Part shown: in pieces, positions 53,383 to 64,000 of the stretch
Layout: the number at the start of each line of letters is the position of its first letter
How positions within the stretch are numbered: the first letter of the stretch is position 1
NCBI RefSeq assembly: GCF_902652985.1
Contig: NC_047023.1
Span: 43,648,001-43,712,000 of the forward strand
Source: Pecten maximus
Taxonomy: Eukaryota
Direction: 5' to 3'
Length of the DNA: 64,000 bases
The notes under the pieces: model-generated
Told to the model about the DNA's origin: nothing
What the model saw: only the letters and a program-made list of their open reading frames with translations
The model's database searches: none
Made by a program: the position numbers and the translations under genes

Positions 53383-54715
53383 TACGAGGGCTGATTGATA
53401 TGTTGTGAGCCTCGTATTGAAGAAGGTACTCAAGGATGGTCTTTTTTACTCCTACTATCTCTGACTCTATAGGGCCATGTACCCAAGGACTGGTCTCATT
53501 TGGTTAGTTTATATCAACAAAGTAGCACACTAAAGTAAACAAGTAAAGCGGCTTTTGCTAAATGGACCAAATCGGTGAACGAGCAGTGAGCCAATATTTG
53601 CATAAAAAAGTTTTAACACCAAAGGATATCCATAATGATATGGTAGCAACACTAGGGAAAGATGTCCCAAAATGTGGGTGGCGGAATTTAAGCGCGGCCG
53701 TCAGAGCCTTGAGGATGACCCCTTCCTGGAAGGCCTGTCAATGTTGCCACCCCAGAAATGGTCAATAAAGTTCATGATATTGTAACGACTGACAAACGAG
53801 TCACAGAAAGATATATAGTCAGTAGTTGACATTTCACAGGAAAGAGTACATTCTATTCTGACCGAAGATCTTGTAGTGAGAAAGCTTTCGGCCCGATGGG
53901 TACCAAGACTTCTGACAGTTGATCCGACCAGGCACACATTATCGCGTGTTAATCTGAACATTTTTGAGGAAGATTCTGCCAACGTTCTTCAGAGATTTAT
54001 CACTATGGATAAACCATGGCTGCCCTGCAGGTAGGGCGTAAGAATTGTACCTGCTACCCCCATTGCATGATCATAGGAGGCGACTAAGTTTAGGATCTTA
54101 TCTTTTCTCTTCTTTCTGAACAACTTTCTTCTTTCTAATGTCTCCCTTGACAATGCCTCACTTTTGGTCTTCAGTTGAGCGTTCGCCCCTGTGAGGAAAG
54201 CTTTGGGTTCTGTCCCCTGGTCGAGACATACCAGAGTCTTAAAAAAATGGTAGTTGCTACTTCTGCTTAGCGCTCAGCATATTAAGAGTGGGACGACTGG
54301 TTCGCCCGTTGAAAGTATAATGTGACCGGATGGGGTGTCCTGCTGGGTGTCTTCTGCAGTATGCTTCAATAAGGTAGCACTATAAATCGGCAAAAGTTCC
54401 GGCCTATCACAGGGAGACTTAACACGAACATACCGTAGCCTCCCAAAACACACATACGCACTCACCACACGCATGCATGTCGCACGCACGGGAGGCCGTC
54501 CTTAAATGACCTTAGCTGTTAATAGGACGTAAAACAAAATAAACCAAACCAATGAACCACGGTACAATCATTTTACCCCAGAGGCGAAGCAACAATCGAA
54601 ACAATGGAAGCACCCTGGCTCTCTCCGGTCGAAGAAGGTAAAGACAGGTCCATCAGCTGGGAAGGTTATGGCCTCGGTTTTCTGGGATGCAGATGGTATT
54701 CTGCTGATAAATTAT
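53383..54715 (+). pseudogene. Decayed mariner transposon (transposase pseudogene, 3'-truncated, interrupted by a SINE)
   Basis: TA-CGAGGG TIR start; peptides MDQIGERAVSQYLHKK.LTPKDIHNDMVATLG, RKLSARWVPRLLT, RFITMD, HFTPEAKQQSKQWKHPGS and SAGKVMASVFWDADGILLI, with frameshifts. Confidence 0.92.
54020..54551 (+). mobile_element. Apparently full-length SINE (~530 bp; Meta-domain-like centre, LINE-type tail, (AAACC)n) inserted in the mariner
   Basis: Matches the copies at 3357 and 62897; imperfect TSD ATAAACCATGG / ATGAACCACGG; central CATACCAGAGTC..AAAATGGTAGTTGCT..GCTTAGCGCTCAGCAT resembles the MetaSINE domain (from memory). Confidence 0.88.
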
Positions 54716-54719
54716 TTTG

Positions 54720-55085
54720 GACCTAGCTATATGGATGATCTGTCGACTTAACAAAACAAGTTTATAACCAGATATTAATCGGATATACCCTCGAATTACT
54801 GAAAAAAAGGATTAAATGTTTCCTCACCTACGTTCATGCACGCTATTGTTTCTGGCATGTTAGCGGAAAACAATTGAACAGTTTTATGGTCGACGTCATG
54901 ATTTCATTCTACAAGATCATTTAGTTTATTGTGTTAATTAGTCACGTGCATTCTATGTTAAAATTCCTGGTGATTCCGTGGTCACTACCCCGGTTTCCAT
55001 GTTTAGAACGCGATATTTTCTGGTCTTGACATGTGTCTTGGGAAAACAGGACACGCTTACCACTTAAAAACACCTGGTCTTATCT
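54720..55085 (+). mobile_element. Highly decayed Penelope-like fragment
   Basis: YMDD codons followed by ...RIYP at 54728-54792; terminal ACGCTTAC...CACCTGGTCT motif shared with 48467-48496. Confidence 0.5.
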
Positions 55086-55201
55086 TTGAATGAGATCCCA
55101 GACGGTGCACGTTGCTTACTGTAGTATGTGGCAGCTACATTTTGTACGTACAATACCATATTAAAACAAAAGCATTTTCATTCTATGTTTTTCCATTTGC
55201 A

Positions 55202-58200
55202 AGTTACACCAGAGTCCTACACGGCGATACCCGGTCCCTGTGTATAACGTTACACTAGAGTCCTACACGGCGATACCCGGTCCCTGTGTATAACGTTACA
55301 CCTGAGTCCTACACCCCGATACCCGGTCCCTGTGTATAACGTTACACTAGAGTCCTACACGGCGATACCCGGTCCCTGTGTATAACGTTACACCAGAGTC
55401 CTACACGGCGATACCCGGTCCCTGTGTATAACGTTACACCAGAGTCCTACACGCCGATACCCGGTCCCTGTGTATAACGTTACACCTGAGTCATACACGG
55501 CGATACCCGGTCCCTGTGTATAACGTTACACCAGAGTCCTACACCCCGATACCCGGTCCCTGTGTATAACGTTACACCAGAGTCCTACACGGCGATACCC
55601 GGTCCCTGTGTATAACGTTACACCAGAGTCCTACACGGCGATACCCGGTCCCTGTGTATAACGTTACACTAGAGTCCTACACGGCGATACCCGGTCCCTG
55701 TGTATAACGTTACACTAGAGTCCTACACCCCGATACCCGGTCCCTGTGTATAACGTTACACCAGAGTCCTACACCCCGATACCCGGTCCCTGTGTATAAC
55801 GTTACATCAGAGTCCTACACCCCGATACCCGGTCCCTGTGTATAACGTTACACCAGAGTCCTACACGGCGATACCCGGTCCCTGTGTATAACGTTACACC
55901 AGAGTCCTACACCCCGATACCCGGTCCCTGTGTATAACGTTACACCAGAGTCCTACACGGCGATACCCGGTCACTGTGTATAACGTTACACCAGAGTCCT
56001 ACACCCCGATACCCGGTCCCTGTGTATAACGTTACACTAGAGTCCTACACGGCGATACCCGGTCCCTGTGTATAACGTTACACTAGAGTCCTACACGCCG
56101 ATACCCGGTCCCTGTGTATAACGTTACACCAGAGTCCTACACGCCGATACCCGGTCCCTGTGTATAACGTTACATCAGAGTCCTACACGCCGATACCCGG
56201 TCCCTGTGTATAACGTTACACCTGAGTCCTACACGGCGATACCCGGTCCCTGTGTATAACGTTACACCAGAGTCCTACACCCCGATACCCGGTCCCTGTG
56301 TATAACGTTACACCAGAGTCCTACACGGCGATACCCGGTCCCTGTGTATAACGTTACACCAGAGTCCTACACGCCGATACCCGGTCCCTGTGTATAACGT
56401 TACACTAGAGTCCTACACGGCGATACCCGGTCCCTGTGTATAACGTTACACTAGAGTCCTACACCCCGATACCCGGTCCCTGTGTATAACGTTACACCAG
56501 AGTCCTACACCCTGATACCCGGTCCCTGTGTATAACGTTACATCAGAGTCCTACACCCCGATACCCGGTCCCTGTGTATAATGTTACACCAGAGTCCTAC
56601 ACGGCGATACCCGGTCCCTGTGTATAACGTTACACCAGAGTCCTACACGGCGATACCCGGTCCCTGTGTATAACGTTACACCAGAGTCCTACACGGCGAT
56701 ACCCGGTCCCTGTGTATAACGTTACACCAGAGTCCTACACCCCGATACCCGGTCCCTGTGTATAACGTTACACCAGAGTCCTACACGGCGATACCCGGTC
56801 CCTGTGTATAATGTTACACCAGAGTCCTACACCCCGATACCCGGTCCCTGTGTATAACGTTACACCAGAGTCCTACACCCCGATACCCGGTCCCTGGTAT
56901 AACGTTACACCAGAGTCCTACACGGCGATACCCGGTCCCTGTGTATAACGTTACACCAGAGTCCTACACGGCGATACCCGGTCCCTGTGTATAATGTTAC
57001 ACCAGAGTCCTACACGCCGATACCCGGTCCCTGTGTATAACGTTACACTAGAGTCCTTCACCCTGATACCCGTCTCTGTGTATAACGTTACACCAGAGTC
57101 CTACACCCCGATACCCGGTCCCTGTGTATAACGTTACACCAGAGTCCTACCATGGCGATACCCGGTCCCTGTGTATAACGTTACACTAGAGTCTACACGG
57201 CGATACCCGGTCCCTGTGTATAATGTTACACCTAGAGTCCTACACGCCGATACCCGGTCCCTGTGTATAACGTTACACCGAGAGTCCTACACGGCGATAC
57301 CCGGTCCCTGTGTATAACGTTACTACCAGAGTCCTACACGCCCGATACCCGGTCCCTGTGTATAAACGTTACACCAGAGTCCTACACGGCGATACCCGGT
57401 CCCTGTGTATAACGTTACACCAGAGTCCTACACGCGATACCCGGTCCCTGTGTATAACGTTCCACCAGAGTCCTACACGGCGATACCCGGTCCCTGTGTA
57501 TAACGTTACACCAGAGTCCTACACGGCGATACCCGGTCCCTGTGTATAACGTTACACCAGAGTCCTACACGCCGATACCCGGTCCCTGTGTATAACGTTA
57601 CACCAGAGTCCTACACGGCGATACCCGGTCCCTGTGTATAACGTTACACCAGAGTCCTACACGCCGATACCCGGTCCCTGTGTATAACGTTACACCAGAG
57701 TCCTACACGGCGATACCCGGTCCCTGTGTATAACGTTACACCAGAGTCCTACACCCCGATACCCGGTCCCTGTGTATAACGTTACACCAGAGTCCTACAC
57801 CCCGATACCCGGTCCCTGTGTATAACGTTACACAGAGTCCTACACGCCGATACCCGGTCCCTGTGTATAACGTTACACAGAGTCCTACACGCCGATACCC
57901 GGTCCCTGTGTATAACGTTACACCAGAGTCCTACACGCCGATACCCGGTCCCTGTGTATAACGTTACACCAGAGTCCTACACGCCGATACCCGGTCCCTG
58001 TGTATAACGTTACACTAGAGTCCTACACCCCGATACCCGGTCCCTGTGTATAACGTTACACCAGAGTCCTACACGGCGATACCCGGTCCCTGTGTATAAC
58101 GTTACACCAGAGTCCTACACCCCGATACCCGGTCCCTGTGTATAACGTTACACTAGAGTCCTACACCCCGATACCCGGTCCCTGTGTATAACGTTACACC

Positions 58201-58652
58201 AGAGTCCTACACGGCGATACCCGGTCCCTGTGTATAACGTTACACCAGAGTCCTACACGGCGATACCCGGTCCCTGTGTATAACGTTACACCAGAGTCCT
58301 ACACGGCGATACCCGGTCCCTGTGTATAACGTTACACCAGAGTCCTACACGGCGATACCCGGTCCCTGTGTATAACGTTACACCAGAGTCCTACACGGCG
58401 ATACCCGGTCCCTGTGTATAACGTTACACCAGAGTCCTACACGGCGATACCCGGTCCCTGTGTATAACGTTACACCAGAGTCCTACACCGCGATACCCGG
58501 TCCCTGTGTATAACGTTACACCAGAGTCCTACACGCCGATACCCGGTCCCTGTGTATAACGTTACACCAGAGTCCTTAACCCCGATACCCGGTCCCTGTG
58601 TATAACGTACGTTACACCAGAGTCCTACACGGCGATACCCGGTCCGTGTGTA
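55202..58652. repeat. 46-bp minisatellite (GTTACACCAGAGTCCTACACGGCGATACCCGGTCCCTGTGTATAAC), ~75 copies
   Basis: Direct periodicity. Confidence 0.98.
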
Positions 58653-58853
58653 CGAAGTCCTAGATTATGACCCTTTGAACGTTAACGTATAACCTGTCAT
58701 ATAAAACGATACCCTTAATGGTATGATTCATATTTACTTACTGTGTGAAATAAAATACAGGATGTTTTGCAATATACAATATCCTGAACAAATATGTACT
58801 GTGTATGTACCTATACTTACTTGTATGGTATTCCTCGTGTTATACGGCGAGAA

Positions 58854-59382
58854 AGGCAGGCCGTCTGGGTTTTTACTTTATTGACGACATACAGATACCT
58901 GTATTTAAATTAGAGATATCTGTTTTTAAAATAAGGGTATAATTGAAATAAAGATGTTTTTATTTTGGATAGATATATCTGTATTGAAATAAGAGATACA
59001 TGTATATAAATTAGAGATACCTGTATTGAAAATAGATATATCTGTCTCCAAATTCTAGATATTTGTATTTTATAAACGATATAGCTGTCTATATGTATGA
59101 AAGTAGATAGTAATGTATTTAAAAATAAGATGTTAGAATAAAATAGAGATGTCTCTATTATCTGTATTTTGAATAGAGATAGATCTATATTTTCTATTGA
59201 ATATAGATATCTGATATCTTTATTAAATTCGATATATTTCTATCAGAAATACAGACATGTACAGTGTATCTCTTTTTATTAAATAAATACGGGTATTTGA
59301 ATTAAAAATAAAGATATGTATGTATCAAAAAAGAAATATCTTTATTTAGATAAAGATAGTTATAAACCTAAAAGGCTTTTAT
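58854..59382. repeat. Degenerate AT-rich array of AGAGATATCTGTATT-like subunits, possibly a TIR-bounded non-autonomous element
   Basis: Recurring GATATCT dyads; weak terminal complementarity. Confidence 0.5.
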
Positions 59383-60752
59383 AGTCTGGAGCTGTTAAAA
59401 TTCATGATTTAAAATGAAAATAGAATTAATAAAACGAAAGAATTAATAAATACTGCCGCCAAATTGTTGTAACAACGGACTTGTTTAATGTAACGTAAAC
59501 TGCTTAAGTTACATTGTTTAATATACAATATACTGTGACGGTGCCTTTCATTTGTGTTGTTTTTGAAATATAAGGCCTCTGTCATCCTATTTTCAGATTG
59601 TGCAATGCTTCTTTTAACCAAGTCACGACCAGTGCTAAATATATTGTGACAAGACCTTGGCTGATTAATACATCACAGTACAAACCTAAATCTAGATCTA
59701 GTTTTGTTTGTTGTGGCGACTGCAGTGCGCGTTGATAGAATTACCCCTATTGGACCCCACGAATACCTTATTTACATGTTTTCCAAGATGGCTTCTAGTT
59801 TTGGATTATAGAGACTGGGCAAGCGTGACAAGGATGTTATCTGTGGATATTAATCGATCAAAGTGAGTATAACACATTGTTTGTGAAAATTCGTATGTAA
59901 TATCATGTTATATTTGGTTTGATATGGTAAAACGAGTCGGAGAATCGTAGAACTCGCTCCCTAGGCCGAGTGACACGTCTCTATCCGCCGTGTCTGATGT
60001 TGAGGAAAGGATGACGGAAACAATTATCGTTGAATTTTAGTGTTTATTGTTGGCATATAACTGTTTAACTCAGCATGGATGTTAGGTAACAGTGACACCC
60101 TTTTACATTAAATATCCTTTCAAAGACAGATTTCTTCAGGGAAAGGTGGGTGGGACTTGGTTTTAGAAACACGCGTTTCGTCCACATCGAGCGTTCCGTT
60201 GCTATCGCTGGATGCATCACTCTCGCTATCCAACATTAGCTTTCGTTTATAAGTTCTGTTATAATTGTCTGAACTCTTTAAACAAATACTAACTTTTAAG
60301 ATATAGAGTAGGTTGATGATCTGTAATTAAGTATATAATGAGATATCGGGGTGTTTTTATTTTAAAGAAATATAACTTACCTGTGTAAACATTTAACATG
60401 AGAGGCACCCCATGGGATACCCTACATTATTGGTATGAATGAGACATATCCAAGAAATGAAATTGAAAACTAGTCTATGCCATTTTGAAAAGGATATAGT
60501 AGATCTACCACCCAAGTAGAATTTTGCCATTGTCTGAATTATAGAAAAAAAAATTCTTCTGAATTTATCAAATAATCTGCATTGCACAATAACTTAGGTG
60601 TGTAATATGGAATGTCCCTGAATAAATCTATTGCATTGTAACTTGTTTCAGGAATTCCTATTGGCACAATTGTAAGATCCCCACTTTCATTCACACTGTA
60701 TATATAGTAACATATAAGCGTAGCAGAACTGGATAAGGTCGATCATATTGGT

Positions 60753-60824
60753 GACCAGGTAGCTCAATTGGTAGATCATCCGGCTAGTGTTCAGAGGTCC
60801 CAGGTTCGAACCCTGGTCTGGCCG
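60753..60824 (+). mobile_element. tRNA-derived element or tRNA pseudogene (Thr-AGT-like) flanked by inverted repeats
   Basis: A box TAGCTCAATTGG, B box GGTTCGAACCC, T stem CCAGG/CCTGG, acceptor GACCAGG/TCTGGCC, oligo-T after; anticodon stem pairs poorly. Confidence 0.7.
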
Positions 60825-62896
60825 TGCTTTTTTCCACTCCTACTATATATACTGTATATGTTATGGCCCCTTATTAGCTATTCATTTGTTATATTTTCAA
60901 AAACTTTATATAAAAATAAACTGTGTATCTGATCATCACTTGTACGATATGACATGCACATGTTGATACCAAATGTTTCTTTTTAGTTTACGCTCTGCAA
61001 GATTTTATAAAACTTGAAAAAATTGTTATTTGAGGGCCTATATCAACCCCAAACAAATAAAACTCTAATTGTGCTTGAATCATACATGTATTTTTAACCC
61101 TTGGTTTGCCAGATATTGCCATGTGATAGCCATTAGCCAACCCTATAATGTTTAGGTAACCATATTCAGCTTGCCAGATTATCAGATATTGTTGTGTGAT
61201 GGCCAGCGCTGAATTTTTATGCATGTATATATATATATATATATATCGGCCTTTCAGAACATGATCTGCATATGAATCCTTGTATCGATAGGGTGGGGTG
61301 ATGGATAGGGTGGGGTGATGTCGGGTGCAAGCTAAAACTGTTTTGAAACCTGAGGCATTTGTCTTGGATACAGAACAGATGACCCAGTAATTGTTATTGT
61401 ACATCAAGATGTCAACTCTCCCATTTTCAAGGCATTTTGTTGTTTTGCTCCAGTAACTTGATCAAGCTGAACCATCAGCTTTGATGCGTAACAACATTTT
61501 AGCCCTGGAGTCATGTAGTTCTATTATACATAGTAGTTATATTATACTGTAGTGAAGGCTTAGAATGTACATGTGAATTTTCGAAACTGACTGAATGGTG
61601 AGATATACAGAAATGACTTATTCAGTATATTGGATTTACATAGAAGTTATAAACTTTGATCTGAAGTAGAGAGTCTTTGATCTTCTGGGTTTGCCATACA
61701 ATTTTGTGAATAATGTCATATGGAGAATTGATGAAAAAGCCTTTAATAATGTAGATATTTTAAATGTTATTGATGTATAATTACAACATTGTAATGTTTT
61801 GATAATTTTACTGATAAATTATAAAATCATAGACATAGATCCAGAATCTCAGGAAGCTCTTCATTATATATAATTAATGGATGACAAGTTCACGAGTCAG
61901 TTCTCTATTTCTCAGAAATCTGAAAGGAGGCGACAAAACGTTTTCAAATAGACAAGTCCCTTCCATCCCAAGAGTCAAATCTTATTTTGGGGATACCATG
62001 ATGTGTTCGATTCATAATTATGATTACCTGTCATCTGGTTACCCAAACATCATCCTTGTAATTTTGTGGGCGTCACAATTCGTGAACACACTCCAAATCC
62101 ATAGACCAATATTCTGACAAAACTGAAGGCTCCCGATGTCTGCCAACTTACTCTTGGTGTGAGTTAACGTTGTGTCATTTGGCATGACGTTTTTTTGGTT
62201 CAAATCATGTTGTTCAGTGTCATTTAAATCAACAGCTGTAGTCATTTAAAAATGACTGGCATTTATACATACACTGACAATTCAATCAGTATGTTATTTT
62301 TTATAACTGAAACAGCTGAAAAAGCAAAACCATCGATGCTTGCATTGTAGCCTCTTATAAATTTCTGACTTCGGACAATTTGCGAAACATTCTGTTTACA
62401 GAAGTTCCAAACTTACATTGAAACACCTGAAATTGGCAATCCAGGCATTTAATTAGAAAACTAAGCATGCATTCATCTGAACCTACAATGTATAGTGAAA
62501 AGTTACTTGGTTGAAGATTTTTGTCTTCTTTTGGAGCAGTACATCTTGGCAGAACCTTATGGTATACATACTCTAGTGTGCTCAACTGTTATCTTGAGCA
62601 ATTAGTTGCTAGACAGCATGCATATACAACTTGTAGGCTTCACAACAACAGAATCCTACAGGGATGTTATGACCTGAAAATGAGCCTACCCATATCTATA
62701 TATAATTACAATCCTTTAAATCACCAATAAAAAGTTTTCATTTTCCTGTAATAAGCCACGTCTCCTTTAATGTGTTGGCCTCTGGGCTTTGGAGTTCCTA
62801 CATTTATCTGACATCTTAATGATGTCACTTCCTCTCTAACCATTTATTAAACAAGAGATGAGGACAAATTATTCCTCATCCTGTTTATCATGACCC

Positions 62897-63017
62897 CCTC
62901 CCAAAACACACATACGCACTCACCACACGCATGCATGTCGCACGCACGGGATGCCGTCCTTAAATGACCTTAGCTGTTAATAGGACGTTAAACTAAATAA
63001 ACCAAACCAAACCAAAA
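62897..63017 (+). mobile_element. 5'-truncated SINE copy (3' ~120 bp)
   Basis: Nearly identical to 54439-54551; TSD ATCATGACCCC / ATCATAACCCC. Confidence 0.9.
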
Positions 63018-64000
63018 ATCATAACCCCTTAAGTTGATTGAAGTGTCTCAGATTTTACTAATATTCCTTTTCAAATTAAGTTTCAATGTTACAGGATACT
63101 TGTATATCAAAAAGTTTAAACATCTTCTTTGTTACAAAATATTCTTTGTTTGGTTGACGATCTAAAAGGTCTCTCCTTTATTACTGATTCTGTGTTGGAA
63201 CATTTCTTTGACCTCTGTATTCATGGTCACAGAGGTTTAAACATTTAACTTAAAGTGATCTATTTTATATCTAGCTGAGTTCAGCCTCAGTTTTCCCAAA
63301 GAATAATTAGATTTATTACAAATTAAGTATTCATTATTTGTTAATTTTGTTTACACAAATAAAATAAAATTTTATATTTGTTTCTTTTTATAAATTTCAT
63401 TAGATTTTGTTTTCAAATTGACGTCAATGTTCTTGTTTTGATTTGATTTGATACACATTCTGTAATTGTTCGACATCTTCTATACTGATGTTGTCTGTGT
63501 ATACGCCCAGGCTGATAGTGAACTGTTCAGCCTATAGCTACAATGGCTTGAGTCACAGATGTATTATCGTGTATCCATAATTGAATGTAGATTGTTTAGT
63601 CGACTATAAACGTAACATATGGTCTTCAGAACTGTCATGTTTGGAGACTGTTTTGCTCTGATCAATTTCTTCTCCAAATTCAATTATTTGTATGTATGAT
63701 TCACACAAAAGAAATCAAGCCTTGTAGTATAAACACTATATAACACATTACATGATGTATGTTAAACTCACGTAAAAGTCACGGAAGAGGAGGAAGAGGT
63801 GTTTAGTTTCTCTTACTAACAAGGAAATGAGGTGGCCGTCAGAGGCTAGGAGTAATTAAGTAAGACATGACACCTTTACACTGTATGGATGTTACTTGTA
63901 CTTGTACCTGAACTTAAAGTCCGCTACTAATGTCATCAAATAAAGCCTGATTATATCATTGATGAGCATTGTGAAAATCTTTTTTATTGAAACTGATCAC

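Noticed and set aside
55202-58652. CRISPR-like appearance of the regular arrays
   Set aside because: Head-to-tail repeats without unique spacers, no cas genes, eukaryotic context.
60753-60824. Functional tRNA gene
   Set aside because: The anticodon stem does not pair properly and the acceptor stem has a mismatch; better explained as a tRNA-derived repeat.

Overview
AT-rich, intron-containing eukaryotic DNA, probably from a marine invertebrate; the repeat families and protein types suggest a bivalve, possibly a scallop (inference). About 23-24 kb (roughly 37%) is taken up by about 20 unrelated minisatellite arrays, which account for nearly all the long ORFs in the track. The main signal is a tandem, co-oriented minus-strand cluster of three spliced genes for secreted glycine-rich low-complexity proteins, reconstructed by hand from GT-AG sites and reading frame. 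Gene A (436 aa, Gly/Met/Ala) and gene B (337 aa, Gly/Met/Ser) are paralogues. They share a TATA box, a short non-coding exon 1, a signal-peptide exon, one large repeat exon and an 11-nt terminal coding segment giving a basic-G-S-Y* C-terminus. They also share a positionally conserved promoter 10-mer and a 3'UTR 9-mer. Gene C (645 aa) is a modular Pro/Gln + poly-Gly + Gly/Phe/Tyr/Arg + Gly/Ser protein. Together they resemble abductin, hinge-ligament or shell-matrix structural proteins. The window also holds a SINE family (one copy inserted in a decayed mariner), Penelope-like and Tx1-like remnants, foldback MITEs, a tRNA-like element flanked by inverted repeats, and a minimal type I hammerhead ribozyme motif.
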